Source of the DNA: Dicyema japonicum
Taxonomy: Eukaryota > Animalia > Dicyemida
Reading direction: 5' to 3'
Assembly (NCBI GenBank): GCA_011109175.1
Contig: RDEW01000001.1
Span: 973,079-1,037,078 of the forward strand
DNA: 64,000 nt
This document shows, one piece after another, positions 1 to 12,949 of the stretch. The stretch's first letter is position 1; each line of letters starts with the position of its first letter. The position numbers were made by a program, and so were the translations under genes. The notes beneath the pieces were generated by a model, which worked only from the letters and a program-made list of their open reading frames with translations, was not told the origin of the DNA and did no database searches.

Positions 1-311
1 GTGACTCGGAGACTATTTTCGACATAAAAACGACAGGATCCTAGCACAACTACGTCCTGACCACTTCCTCCTTAGAGACGAGTCGGAGCAACTGTCATTG
101 TTTCTACGCGAAGCTTTCTCCTGCACGAGACCTTTGGTGGATATCGAAGACTTGTGGAAGCGTCCAGCTCTAGGTGCCGGACGACATCCCTCAGTCAAAA
201 TAGCGAGGTTGGGGCAACTAGCTAACTAATGACAATCCTAAAATCGTAGCAAAAATTTTAGAAATAATGCTGGACCTCTCCACTATCTACAGACAATTAG
301 TTTAGTCAGTA

Positions 312-575
312 TTGACATTCGAGTTAACGTGGTCAAAAAATATTCCTTGTTTTTCGATGGATTCCTTGACCAAAATCCAGAAAACCGCCATCAAAATCAT
401 AGGATCCAACTTGAGTCAAAGACTCTTGAAGCATTCTTACTTAAACAACGAAAAAAATTGTGAGGAAAAAAATTTTCATTCTTACTTAAACAACGAAAAC
501 ATTCTTACAAACAGCCCCTCTACGACATATTCGTCAAATGTCTCGAAAAAATGTGACAAGACTCCCAGCACCTAA
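312..575 (+). mobile_element. Decayed non-LTR retrotransposon fragment, RT C-terminal region
   Basis: WSKNIPCFSMDSLTKIQKTAIKIIG resembles the post-RT W..L..IQ..AI.II segment of LINE ORF2; contains an internal 23-bp duplication. Confidence 0.45.
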
Positions 576-914
576 TGGATAGCGTTCAAGATCCGCGTCA
601 CATCTTCTCCTTTATTTCTGTAGTCCTGGAGCAGTGATAAATACAACGATTTTAGTTGTGAATCATTTATGCCAAACCACGTCAAGTACAACAGCTGATG
701 AAAATTGTTATTAATTTTGCTAATCTATGGAAGACTCCAGAGAAATGAATAAAAAGTAACAAAAATTATACAAGCGAATATAATTTTCACTTTGCAGTTT
801 CTCAATCGTTTTTTGAAAATTAAACGAATTTCAGACGAAAACATAATGCCCACAGTATATTCAGTGGCATATATCATTTACTGACCAACTAAAGTACAAA
901 CCCAGAAAGTTAAC

Positions 915-1275
915 GTATCTAACGTTTCTGTAGTCCTTGAGTGTCAGTTTTACTTAGTTAGACAGTAATCCGTAAAAGTAATCTTTGGGTTGCAATTTAG
1001 AGTGTGTATGGAAAATGCTATATTTACGTCAAAATACGTAAAAATTGCTAAGAATGCTAAGAGGTTTCGTCAAAAAATTGTAGGAGGCATAGCCAATGTT
1101 GACAGCGATGAGACAAATGAATACATTCTCAGTATATTCAGTCGAATAGATTTTGCTAAATAAATTTTTTAAACCGATCAAAGTGATTTTTTACATTTCC
1201 GTAAACGATTTTGAGGTAGAATGAAAATAACTGGATTCTAATGGGTGCGAATAGGTAAACCAATGTGAAAGGGAA
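915..1275 (+). pseudogene. C-type lectin pseudogene, frameshifted and lacking the EPN/WND exon
   Basis: Aligns by eye to 8440-8790, including introns 1 and 2. Reads GKCYIYVKIRKN-(1-nt frameshift)-NAKRFRQKIVGGIANVDSDETNEYIL. Ends at the intron-3 donor, next to a TAGTTAG retro-tail motif. Confidence 0.75.
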
Positions 1276-1579
1276 TAGTTAGTTAGGTAACCCAGGCCTC
1301 ACTAACTTGTAGGAGACAACGACTATTCGACTGGACACACAATTTCCGATATAGTTCACCTTCACCTGGCGAAAATAAGATGCCAGTTTCAATCTGAAGA
1401 ACCTCAAATACTCCCCTTGTCAAACTGTTCAACGACTAAGAGAAATTGAACTGGATTATGGTGGCTATATAGCGTGAGAGAGAATAGTCATGTGGTGCAG
1501 GCTTTCTACATAATTGAATTTATTTATTATCCCCGGGATCAGCGAGAAAGAAAGACAAAAGTAATGTCAACTAGTTAGA

Positions 1580-3058
1580 TAAAAATGTAGAGCTTTTCTA
1601 GAGTGTCCATCGATTCTCTGTAGTCTTCAATTTCGCCTTGATATTGTAAATGTCATTTTCGTCCGATTTGTCTCCATATATTGAAAATTGCTGAATGTCT
1701 AAAAAATCGATACTTCTGACGGATGCACATACAGAAGTTTACTAATTCATTATAAAGTGTGGCTAAAATTAAATTTTTAGGAGTTTTAGCCAAAAATCTA
1801 AAGAACAAATGAATTTTTGACTTTATTAACAAAACTAGCCTTACTTATTAATCAGATTTGATATCAGCTGTTGAAGTTGGATGGATTGAACCCGTGCTAA
1901 AATAACATATCACGTAAAACGTCCTCAATTTTAGAAAGGAATAATTTTCCAGTAGTTTTGTGTCCTTCGGTCTTCTCAGTTTCAAAATTGGTCGTATATG
2001 AGCGAGTTTCAAAATAGCTGTTATGTTTTCAGTAAAATTACGGGAATCTCATCACGTCCGCAGGATAGAGTTGTTCGANTAAAATAACATATCACGTAAA
2101 ACGTCCCCAATTTTAGAAAGGAATAATTTTCCAGTAGTTTTGTGTCTTTCGGTCTCCTCAGTTACATAATTGGTCGTATATGAGCGAGTTTCAAAATAGC
2201 TGTTATGTTTTCAGTAAAATTACGGGAATCTCATCACGTCCGCAGGATAGAGTTGTTCGAATCTGTTATAGTACTTTTCTAAGTTATTTGAGGTAAAAGA
2301 TGCAACTAATTGGTATAGTCTGCAGTTGGCACGTCTATAGTTGAAGAGGCAAAGAACCTCCTCTGAATGAAACTTCCCTTTTCGAACATCGGAATATGGT
2401 TATAGTCGCTTCTTCAATCATAAGTGACTGGCCAATATTTTATTGTACTCAGAGAAGAAGAGACATCCAGGGAAGATAGTCGGTAACCCAATGGGGGGGT
2501 TATTGTGTTTTTATAGATCTCTGATCGAAAATGGCGATGTCTGAAATAGCAGTAGTTCCCTTTTGGATCGGAAGGTTGACTTGATAGCTGAAGTGGGTGC
2601 CAAGTATTCATATCTCATAGATGAGAACTTCTTCCCAGATAGATAGGGCAGACAGGTGGGTCATAAAAAAAGTCTTCAGACATAAGCCGAGTTAGGGGAC
2701 GTATATGTTGAAAGGAAATTTTTCCTTCTGAAATTGCAAATGACGTCCAAATAATATCTGTAGCATTGTCATCCCCAAAGTTCTCATCTCCGAAGAGATG
2801 TCCAAACATTTAATGTAGTTCCGGTATGTAGTTAGGAATCCACCTCCCCGTATCTTCGTTCAGTCGGTATATATTTGTATCCATGTAATGTAGGAGTAGT
2901 GAGCTTGGTCTATAAATAAGTGCAACATCTATGCTGATAATTTCAAGCTCTTCTGATATTTGCTTATTCATCCAGCTGAGCGAATAAAGGTGTGTCATCA
3001 TCCTATTAATGATTACTGTTAATACTGGAATATTTGAACAATAAAAATAAAAACCCAC
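1580..3058 (-). pseudogene. Long degenerate coding-like region of unknown origin
   Basis: Three track ORFs (3058-2810, 2809-2615, 2611-2414) share one frame and are separated only by single stops. A further long frame (EVLCLFNYRRANCRLYQLVASFTSNNLEKYYNRFEQLYPADVMRFP) follows. No family motif recognised. Confidence 0.4.
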
Positions 3059-3170
3059 AACAGAGTAATTTTACAGACGCAAAATTAAAAAAAGCAGTTT
3101 TATTGAAAAATGTAAAATAAATTAAAATAATTTAAAGTAATTAAATAACGAGAATTATATATGAATTTTT

Positions 3171-3425
3171 AGTGGCGTCATAAGATCCACCTTACTCAGG
3201 AGAGCCCAATACCTGGATGCTATTCAAAAGGATCCATCTCTTCATTCCTCCGGGAGACAATTTCACTCCCAGGCTACTAGTTCTGGCATCGACCTCAGCT
3301 ACCCGGACAATGTCATCTGGATCACTTGGTTTGGATCAAGGTTCTACTGGAACGCGTCAGGATAACGGGATTCGTTGTTTCGCTTTGTCCTTGGTCTTTG
3401 GAATCATTTCATTCACATCAATTGA
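3171..3425 (+). mobile_element. Short retroposon, family B (LINE 3'-end derived or SINE-like)
   Basis: GATCCACCTTACTCAGGAGAGCCCAAT...GGAGACAATTTC...CTGGAACGCGTCAGGATAA is shared with copies at 7681, 9785, 14845, 35950, 42915 and 57375. Confidence 0.75.
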
Positions 3426-3689
3426 CGTACTCGACAAAAATCGAAATGAACTCAACAAAATACTGAAATACACATCAGTTATGTTCTTCAAAGGAAATTA
3501 GAAGGTCCTTTTTTCCCTTCACGAAAACCAAGACGTTTCTCTCTCAGGATAACTATTACTTTAAGGGAGGTCGAAAATACTATTATAAACTAAAAGTTAA
3601 CTACGCCTGGGTACAGGAGGAATACCAATGATCATTCGTGAGAATTGGGTAACTTAACTCTCATGGCTTTAGACTGATACAAATCAGAA

Positions 3690-4200
3690 CTCAATCCAAC
3701 CATCTGAAACTCATCCGGAAGCCTGGTGGACAATGATTACCTTTCTCTTACAGACGCATATCTCCCCTCTCCTCAAAAATGAAAATTTTAGAGAAACTAA
3801 TTCTCATTATGATCCCCGATATCTCCTCATGACTCACTACTAACATGGATTCAAGAAGGGTCTCTCAACGACACCCCACCTCATAACCCTAACAGGATTC
3901 ATTTCGGAGGACCTATAATGAAAACCGTGACATCAATGTCATATATTCAATTTCAACAAAAATACTCACAAGGTTGCTCTTTGGCTAAGATATTCTAGGC
4001 AAATTGAATAGGATGGACTTAAACTTTCTCAACGGACAAAGGAAGAGTCTTTCGGAAAGTTCCAAGACTGCCTCGAACCTAATAAGCGACGTGTCAAGAA
4101 ATGTGTCGACAAATTTAATAAATACGAGAAAAATCGTGCGAATGCTCTTCATCTCAAATAAGAGATTGACTAACTATGCCTCAGATTGGTTTTGAAGGAA
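3690..4200 (+). mobile_element. LINE RT fragment
   Basis: YRRISPLSSKMKILEKLIL...HGFKKGLSTTPHLITLTGFISE parallels the RT segment at 37024-37515. Confidence 0.65.
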
Positions 4201-4539
4201 AAAGTCACGTTTGGTCTCTTCAAGGCTTTTAGACAAGTCTAATGTGTTGTCTTATTTCGAAAAAGTACAACCTCATAAAGGTGCTTTTTGAAAAATCAAG
4301 GGCTCTTTCTTATTGACGTTAAGTTCCTTATATCCCCAGTATATTGAGCCAATCATCAGCTACGATTTCGATTCCTGAGGTAAAAATCTAGCATAAACCA
4401 ACTTAAAGGATTCAAAGACTTCACATCCTCAGTAATTGAAGCTCTTAACGACTTTCGTCTTTTCGGTAGACTTTCGTCAGTTCACCTCACATAAACCCCT
4501 GGAAGTACCACGTGTCAACATGAGGTGCTTAGGATATGG

Positions 4540-6020
4540 GAGAAGATTAAATAGTTAGTGAGATAGGCTAAGATCATATAAAGATTGTATTTTTGTTTTT
4601 CCCGAAAAGCGGCATAGCATTAGATTTCTCTTAAGAAAGTATGAAACCTTGAAGACTAGAATCTTCTTATCTTCCGATATACTTCTAATCGATCCAGATA
4701 TATTGGAAAGTAGTACATATATAAATGATCTTATATTTGGTGACATCAGTAACAAAATACCGGTCATTGATACATTAAACAATATTGAACTGAAAAGTAC
4801 TCTTCTCTCAGTACTATCGTATTTGAAAGGTAGCAGTTGTTCCTTTCTTGCAAATATCCTTTTATTTTCCTAACTATTTCTCCTAGACTTCCTGTCCAAA
4901 ATTGCCGACAAATCACGTTCATTTGGCTTACACTATCAAATAGTATTGAGATGTCAAGACATTGACTATCTGGCCTTGGCTAACTTGAAGTTAAGACCAA
5001 ATAAGCAATCATTGACCTGAACAAAAACAAATTTATTTTTTCTGAAATAAGTGCTTTTTCTCGCATATTTGAGTTTTCCGAAAGCAATTTGTTCCATAAG
5101 AGACAATGTGCATCTTTAGTTTGTCATTGAACATATGATTTTTTTAAACATTCTGGTTCTGATGTAGTCATTTCTCGGTGTTTTATTCTCCATAGCTTTC
5201 AGACCATCTTCACTTCTGCTCGAGAGATTTCCATACTAGTCGTTTNCCGAAAGCAATTTGTTCCATAAGAGACAATGAGCATCTTTAGTTTGTCATTGAA
5301 CATATGAGTTTTTTAAACATCCTGGTTCTGATGTAGTCATTGCTCGGTGTTTTATTCTCCATAGCTTTCAGACCATCTTCACTTCTGCTCGAGAGATTTC
5401 CATACTAGTCGTTTGTACGATTCATTCAAGGTCTCTCATGATATCACCTTTATCATCCACTTCAACTATCTTTAGTTTTTCCTCAAAAACGAGAAGCACT
5501 TTTTTCCGGTTAATAATAATAACCTCCTTCTGATTTTTTGCCATAGTCATCATAGCGTTTGGTTTCAGCTTTCTCACCCAAGTATATTTTCAAGAAAGAA
5601 AAATTGCATTTATTTAGTTTTCGCATTTAAAACTTTCAATTGGTCTCATTCTAATCTTTATGCGTTTTAGCAATTGTTATCGGTGATCAATGATGCTATA
5701 AGACAAGTTTACCAATCGTAGCGGCCCTGTAGATCCAAGTATCTAGATTCGTACTTAATCAATCTTTCTGATGTGCAGGGTTCATGAGTATAACTTCCTA
5801 GCGAATTTATCCAAGTAATCTCTCGAGATCTTTAACTTGTTTACTTGCTTGATCAATTACCAGGGGATACAAAATATATCTGATTTTCTATTGATATAAT
5901 AATTATTATTAGAAAGTAGAACAATCAGTTGGCTGTTAAGGTGGTTGGTTGGTCAGATTGGTAAAACAATATTGGCAAAAGTCATAAATTTGCCACAAAA
6001 GGAAGAAGACTACCAATCGT
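4540..6020 (-). mobile_element. Decayed LINE ORF2 (linker and RT)
   Basis: EISRAEVKMV/LKAMENKTPSNDYIRTRMFKK (RT start), FDSVS and SSILFNVSM motifs across frameshifts. 5645-6010 has a second copy at 15983-16345. Confidence 0.55.
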
Positions 6021-6249
6021 ATTTTTCGTTAAATAATTTTCAAAAGTAATATTTCTAGGATTTAATATAAATTTTAAAAATTATTCTTTTTTTAATTTTT
6101 TAAACAAAAAAATGTTTTATTTAACAAAATGAAAAAAATCGATTAAACGAGACTCACACTCGAGAATGTTACCAACTTAGGTTAAATCCATCCTGTGTTG
6201 CCCATAAGCATATGAGTATTAAAATGTGTTTTTTTGGGACGTCGAAATA

Positions 6250-6790
6250 TACTAGGAAATAGAATATCGATCTACTTAAGTTGTTTTAGGCTATGTTATA
6301 TGGGAAATCATACCATCTTAGAAACATCACAAAAAGTTCCATAAGGCCTTTGCGTCTCATGGATAATTGCCGGGAAAATCACTGCTATCTTACAAAGGGC
6401 ATGAAACAGTCAATCAATAAAAAATCAGTAATTAGCTCCTCCGAGAAAAAAAATTGTCTAAACAGATTAATGTCCCCGTAGATGATACATCTCTCCTATG
6501 TAGGTTCAACGACCGAACACCGTTCCAAGCTAATGAAAGTACAGAAACGTGTCAAGATCACAAAGTTAACAGTTCCTTTTAATTTTTATTTAATAAAAAA
6601 TTAAATTTATTTGTGACCGGTTGAATACGAGCCCAAGTTGGATTCACAAAAAATAGAAAGATGGGAAGATGGGAACGCAAACAATTGATGTCACGTTAGC
6701 ATCGAGAAAAGATTATTGAGAGATGCCGGGATTACCAGAATATTAGTTAGTGGTTAAGACGGTGTTTCTTTATTATTATTACTAGGTTTA
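6250..6790 (+). mobile_element. LINE 3' end with shared tail
   Basis: CATCGAGAAAAGA...GAGAGATGCCGGGATTACCAGAATATTAGTTAGTGGTTAA matches 49400-49462 and is followed by (TTA)n. Confidence 0.5.
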
Positions 6791-6849
6791 AAAATAAATT
6801 AATAATAGTAATATATACGTGTTTATTAACCAATAAATCAGTGAAGAAT

Positions 6850-7600
6850 ATCAAGACATTTAAAATGTTGGATAACAATGTCCCATTGTGGGGCGTGACA
6901 GAGAACGACATTATTTAGTGAAATAATTAACCTTACATATGAAATTAATAATATTGTAATCACATTATGTTTAAAAAGATAAAACATGAACATTTAAATT
7001 ACGCAATTTTTGATTTCAAAAATTACAACGTGGTTTTTCTAAACTCACGTGGAATAAAAATAACAACTTTTACTATCTACGAGGAATTCAAATCGACTAA
7101 CATTTTTCATATATCTCTCGGATTATTAAGTAATATAAATAATTAATCACTATTAACTAGATATTGTGTTTGTTAGTCAGGATAAAGTCGAAATCTCGAA
7201 TAACAGTTATTATAATTGCAGTGAGTGGATACTCGTAAAAATTTATATTTCGCATTTATCGAAAAATATCATATGAAAGTACAAATATCGAAAACTGATA
7301 ATAACACAGATTTTATGGTAACTGGACTAATAATTTAAATTTAGAATATCAATGTAAATTTGTGGAATTAAAGCACAACAAATGAAATCGAACACTCATT
7401 GGAGTACAAAATCAAAGATAACTATAAATCATGTTAATTGAAGTAGCATAAATATTATTTATTTTAGAAAACAAATCTGCTGTATCAGTTTGTGTAGTTG
7501 GTGGAAATGTTGTGATCATTCCTGTTGTTTACAAAATAAAATATAATAGAAGGCGATTTTATTTTATGATAAATTGGCAAATTAAATTATTAATATTCAG
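6850..7600 (+). pseudogene. Disrupted paralog of the LAMP-like gene at 21314-20176, with a C-terminal TM-like segment
   Basis: Across frameshifts and tiny introns: NNIVITLCLKR (cf. NVVVGFRIKR), NNSYYNC (cf. ETFYKC), KYHMKVQI (cf. LHLEVQI), EYQCKF (cf. TTCRF). After a 25-nt intron (GTAGCA...TTTTAG): SAVSVCVVGGNVVIIPVVY-KIKYNRRR. Confidence 0.5.
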
Positions 7601-7680
7601 TGATTTATTTTTTAAATTAAAATTTTGACATAAGTTTACCGGTTGACTAAATTCTATAAGTGATTAATTTGGAAATGGAG

Positions 7681-7970
7681 AGCCACGTGGAGCCATGTGG
7701 TGCTATGTGGATAACTGACTGAAAATTTCTCTTCCCTCCTTCTGATGGAGTCAATGGATCCACCTTACATAGGAGACGACTGATGCCGGGTCTACAATCA
7801 AAAGGATTCAGCAATTCGTTCAATCAGGAGACTATTTCGTTTTGTGGAAGATTTTTTGATTTGACCTCATCTCTTCTGAAACACTTGGGTGAAGGTTCTG
7901 CTGGAACGCGTCAGGATCAAGGAATTAGTCTGTTTTATTTTACCTTTGGATTTGGAACAATTTTATTTTA
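7681..7970 (+). mobile_element. Short retroposon family B
   Basis: Starts CCACGTGGAGCCATGTGGTGCTATGTGG and ends CTGGAACGCGTCAGGATCAAGGAATTAGTC...TTTGG plus an AT tail. Confidence 0.75.
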
Positions 7971-8406
7971 TTTATAGATTATTTTTATAGAAGCCATTAA
8001 TAATATTTTTTGTTTTTTTAATATTACTATTGATAAAAAAAACTACAAAATTAATTTTAATACACATAGATCCTTGGTGACCAGCTTGAATGGCCATGTT
8101 GCTATTGAGATGCGCTCTGAAAGCTATCCAGTCTCAAATAGATCCTTGTTGACCATTTGAATAATTGAACCGATATGACGAACTGTGTCAGCACATAGAG
8201 GGTCCCAAATGTCATCGTTCCGGGAGAGAATATTGAGGTAGCTAAGGTAATAATTATGCATGGATAATAATTTAAACAGCTCCTCTGTTTTTCAAAAAAT
8301 AAGTGAAAAATGAAAAATAAAATATTGTTGTTTTTTTAATTTTTTAATTATTTATAATATAATTCGAGACTGTTATAGTCTAAAATAACACGTGCTATGT
8401 TTTTGG

Positions 8407-8415
8407 TATATATAA
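8407..8415 (+). promoter_or_regulatory. TATA box candidate for the lectin gene
   Basis: TATATATAA ends 23 nt upstream of ATG 8438; a CACGTG lies just upstream at ~8390. Confidence 0.4.
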
Positions 8416-8437
8416 GGAGAACGAGAAGACATGATTG

Positions 8438-8943
8438 ATGTTCAACATTGTAGCATTGTCGGTTTTACTAGCTTCAACAGTAATTTCGTCAAAAGGTGAT
8501 TTTGAGGTGGAATTTAGATTGTTTTAAGGGAAAATGCTATACATACGTCGCAACTCTTAAAAATTATGAAAATGCAAAAAAGTTTTGTGAAAAAATAGGT
8601 GGAAGCTTAGCCAATATTTACGACGCGGAAACTAATAGATATATTCTCGGTATACTTTGCAGTATAGACTTTGTTAGATACATTTTATAAACCGAATAAT
8701 AAGCAGTTTTGGATTGCCCTTCATGATATTACGAAAGAAGGAAAATTCTTGGATTCTAATGAGGAAGATCAGGTAAATCAATATATAATGTAGAAATACT
8801 TTAATTGGGATAAGAGAGAGCCGAACAATCTCAAAGACGAAGACTGTGTTGTGATGCGGAATATTAAAGGGAAATGGAATGATTTAAGTTGTTTTAAAAA
8901 GAACGGATTTTTATGTGAAGTCTATGGTTATTTTTCTGAGTGA
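8438..8943 (+). CDS. Secreted single-domain C-type lectin (EPN/WND, mannose/glucose type); exons 8438-8495, 8518-8649, 8678-8772, 8794-8943
   Basis: GT-AG introns of 22, 28 and 21 nt give an open frame: signal peptide MFNIVALSVLLASTVISS, then CFKGKCY...AKKFCEKIGGSLA...FWIAL...WDKREPNNLKDEDCVVM...KWNDLSC...FLCE, stop TGA. Confidence 0.93.
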
Positions 8944-9059
8944 TTGATTTAATAGATTTTGCCGAATCGGTTGAAAGGGGGGATGAATGCGATTAATAAA
9001 TTAACTAAACTCACTAATCACTAACATTACTTCTATCTATGGTATTTTAACACGTCTCC

Positions 9060-9620
9060 CATTTCATTAACTTCCATTTTAGCATAATAATCCCATTTAC
9101 GCTGACTGAAATTCACACCGCCATCACCCGGTTCGACTTCCCTGAGGATGGCAGTTTTTATTCCCCTGTTTTAGCTACTTGACAATCCCCTTTATCTTAC
9201 ACAAAGGGCGGTTGAACAGCAATTGATCTAATCCATCCTGGATTTTGGTTTCTCCTTACATTTGGTAAAATCGTGTTCTCCATCTCGACGAAAACACCTT
9301 TTCTTTGGGCAGAAGATAGGTGACAATAGTATTGTTAGTTCTAACCTCATGGAGGAGGTCTTCTCATTCACTTGTATGAAATCACCACAGATCTAACATA
9401 AACACAAATCGAATGATTAAAATAGCCTCTGATACGGACTTATTATAAATGTTGGTATAGGAAGTGTCTTGTCGCCTATGTAACCGACAGACTTTCACTA
9501 CGGAGGATGCTATGCCGTCTACATGCTCAACAAGATCTTCGTCCTGGACATAGTATGGGTAGTTCTTGAATATATTTTCCGTCGTTTTCACATCGTCCAT
9601 TATTTGCCGTTGCCGATTCT
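9060..9620 (-). mobile_element. LINE ORF1 (gag-like) remnant
   Basis: IFKNYPYYVQDEDLVEHVDG..VVKVCRLHRR followed by decayed zinc knuckles CFRRDGEHDFTKC and INCC. Confidence 0.55.
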
Positions 9621-9784
9621 AAATGGAAACGCAGCATAAATCGCATACATAAAAATGTTTTATTCTTTTTTTTTAAATCTAGTCTAAAGACACCAGACCT
9701 TTTTTTATTTATCCACATGTAGCCAGATGGATCAAATAGTACATGATGCCATCATGTTACTTTTTATGGATATCCGCGTTTCTG

Positions 9785-9950
9785 TAAAACCTTAAACCAA
9801 GAACAGTGATCCAGAGGACGTTGTCCGGGGAGCTGAGGTCGATTCCAGAGCTCATTGCTAGGGAACGAAATTGTAATCCTGTGGAAAGAATAGTTGAATC
9901 ATTTAATGTCGGCCTTGGCATGGGGGTATTCTGAGTAAGGTTGATCTAAT
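9785..9950 (-). mobile_element. Family B fragment
   Basis: GATCCAGAGGACGTTGTCCGGGGAGCTGAGGTCGATTCCAGAGC is the reverse complement of 36115-36165. Confidence 0.7.
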
Positions 9951-10499
9951 GTCGCCATTAGACGAAAGGTAGAGATATTTTTAATCAACTAACCATAACT
10001 GATCATTCTATGTCAGAGAATTATTATCTATAAATCATAAAAAAATAGTAATAATTTTAAAAATAAAAATTAAACAAAATAAATTTAATTTTAAACATGC
10101 GTCTTGTAAACTTATATATAAAAAGTGGGATTACCTATCTATCTGACATTTTTTTGTCTTTTGTTCTCGGTGATCCCTTAGTTCTAAATAAATAGATAAA
10201 GAAATTTTCCAGATATTGAAGGAATTGAAAGCTAATTAAGACGATAGTGCATGGTTGGATTCGTTAACTGCAATGAAAAAATTAGAATGAGAAATTTAGC
10301 AAACCAGGTAAAAAACTGTTTTACATGGTGACGATTCAACTCAAGAGAATTGATTGCAGGGTTTTCAAGACTAAGTGAAAATTGTGTCACGTCAATTCGA
10401 GAAATTTATCATCACATCTAGGCTAGAATTGGTTACATTTACTTGCCACGTTACCATGTCATTCTATATATTTTATATATTCACAGTTATCTCTAACTT

Positions 10500-10990
10500 T
10501 GTGTATTTTGCTAATGCTGGAGAATCTTACAAATGAAAATAGACAAATTATCACTAAAATTTACAACAATGGTTGTCAAATCAAACATAGTTCTAAAAAT
10601 CTTGATGACCCACTAGAAGCTATCTATCTGATCATAGCGGAATTAAAAAAGTATGAAAAAATGAAATAGTAATTGAATATGGTCTCCAAGCAATTGGAAG
10701 TGCTAACTGTAAGTCGTTTTATATGTAAATAATTAAAGAAATTAAAAAATTAATTCATAATTTTTTTTCTTAAAGTTATAGTTTTGGTTGTTTTTTTAAA
10801 ATTTTGTCTGATTGATGTGATGGATTCTCACAGTGATGTGAAAGTGTTCTCACTTGGACTTGAAAACCCTGTATACACCCGAATAGAAAGCTAAGACAAT
10901 ATATAGAAGAAATCAGGAGTCGATGTAACCTACAGGACATGAAACTCATAGTCGGAATAACAATGAACTCAATTTCTTTACCCGGAAAAC
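10500..10990 (+). mobile_element. Possible Tc1/IS630-like transposase N-terminal HTH remnant
   Basis: LTNENRQIITKIYNNGCQIKHSSKNLDDPLEAIYLII and ENPVYT resemble Tc1-type HTH segments; no catalytic domain or TIRs seen. Confidence 0.3.
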
Positions 10991-11832
10991 GTGGACCTTA
11001 GCGAGGCACTTTGGATGTATCAATCATGCTGACTTTTTAAATTATCTTTGTGTTATTTTTGAGAAATAGGAAATTTAACGAGAGATTTAATGAGTTGAAA
11101 TAAAAAAGCAAACCAAGCGTTGACCTCCTAGTTCGTGAGACCGGAGTAACTTAGTTACCTAATAAATGACTTTTAAAATGTTATGGCATAGATTCCATGC
11201 GGAATATTGTAATCTTGATTCCCCCTGTCTTATATTTGATTCCTCGTCGACTACATGCTGAATTTTCCTTACCTCAATTACTGATGTTGATTAGAGTGGC
11301 ATCATGTTATCTCCTTGTCTCATGTGTTGCTCAGTAAAGGGGTGACATTAAATGACCATCTTCATTTGATTACGTTTATCTCACCTATTTAAATTAAGTA
11401 AATAAAAACTAAAACCTGTTGTTGTCAAGACGAGTGGAGTCTTCGGCCCAAGACGGTTTCTTTTCTAAGATCGCTTGGGTCAATGATTTCGAAAGTTAGC
11501 AATGAGCGTCGGGAAACAAAATGATTGTTCCAAAGAATTGCTCGGAGTTGCCAGGAGAAACAGCCATTCCATCCTATCAGGTGGATTATTTTGATTGTCT
11601 TGTTACCTAATAAATTGTTTGTTTCCATCAAAAAAACTAAATAAAATAAGATAGTTGACGAGACTCTATAATCTCAGTCATCCACATTGAGGGGACTTGA
11701 ATAATAATTATATCTTTAATTTGATTTAATAATAATATAACACGTTTAATTTAATTAATTTATTTTTTTGTTCTTGTTTAAATAGTGACCGCTACTTTCA
11801 TGCACCACAATAATAATTGGAATTGACATCAG

Positions 11833-12297
11833 ATGCAGGCTTTACAACGCCTTTGTGAAACCGATCCTATTGTACAACACTGGGACCTGGGAAAGTTCCT
11901 TCAACGAAAGAAAAGGCAACTAAGAAGCTTACTCGGAATGGAGTGGCCACTTAAAATATCAACCACTGGTATCTACAACAAGTGTATGTGTTCTTACATC
12001 AGCAAGGATGTGATAGATGCCCGGTGGAGGCTATTTGGGCATGTACTAAGAATGAACCCGGACGCACCCGCTAACAAAGCGATGGAAGATTACTCTGACA
12101 GTTGCGACAAACTCTTGCGCATGCGACCTAGATCGACACTTTTGACTGCTTTAAACAAATACTTAAATCGTGTGAGAAAAAATCTAAAGACGGGGGACGA
12201 CCTGGACGAATTGAGATCACTCGCATTCGACAGAGGAAGATGGAAAAGACTAACCATAAATATAGTTTTTTTGAGTGTTGCACATGCGGGGCTATAA
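11833..12297 (+). mobile_element. RTE-clade LINE ORF2 C-terminal fragment
   Basis: KRQLRSLLGMEWPLKISTTGIY...ARWRLFGHVLRMNPDAPANKAM is the typical RTE post-RT segment. Confidence 0.85.
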
Positions 12298-12324
12298 ACA
12301 TTATGGCTTTCGTGAAAGTGCCAT

Positions 12325-12650
12325 AATAATAACACCAGAGACCACGGTTACACAAACTAACTAATCACGTGATCCCAGCACGTTTTAGCAGGGACCTCAT
12401 CTTGGCCCTATGCACGTATCGGTCAAGTGACTGGATCTACGCAGTCATGAAGACATGTTCCATGGTTCATTCGATCAAGGATTCAAGAGCCATTAGTGGC
12501 TGGAACTCTCAATAAATGAGCGTTCCGTGGTTTTAGAGGTTCTTTTTCGGCTAGTCTCGATAAGAGATGCATGATTCAATGAATTGTTTGTATAGATTCC
12601 TCAAAACAGTAGAATTTCCGTTCTTCCAGGAGCCTGTGAGACATTTCAAA
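12325..12650 (-). mobile_element. Retroposon 3' end with shared tail
   Basis: Reverse complement reads GAGGTCCCTGCTAAAACGTGCTGGGATCACGTGATTAGTTAGTTTGTGTAACCGTGGTCTCTGGTGTTATTATT, matching 41530-41600. Confidence 0.7.
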
Positions 12651-12949
12651 ACTTAAGTTTTCTTTTCGCAGTAATACTCATAACACCCTAAATTTATTTT
12701 TTAACCCAAAATCACCAACAGTTAATTAAAGGAATTAATTAATTAGATGATTTAGACAACTCTGATTGATATCCTTAAATTCCATCCCAATACAGAAAAT
12801 CCTCTCGAATCCATTATCAAATTGATCAAAATACATTTTATCTAACAATATTATCGAATCCGCCATATTTTTCTAACGAATTCAGTCGTTTGACTGAATT
12901 ACACGTGGAGAACTATATTTCCATTGACAAGGAGGTCACCAATATTGCT

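Noticed and set aside
1898-2260. N-joined pairs as biological tandem repeats or CRISPR-like arrays
   Set aside because: Two copies around an N is a scaffolding signature; there is no repeat-spacer periodicity and the context is eukaryotic.
2611-2812. In-frame stops in long frames suggesting stop-codon reassignment
   Set aside because: The verified genes end in TGA or TAA and have no internal stops once introns are removed; the broken frames are pseudogenes or TEs.
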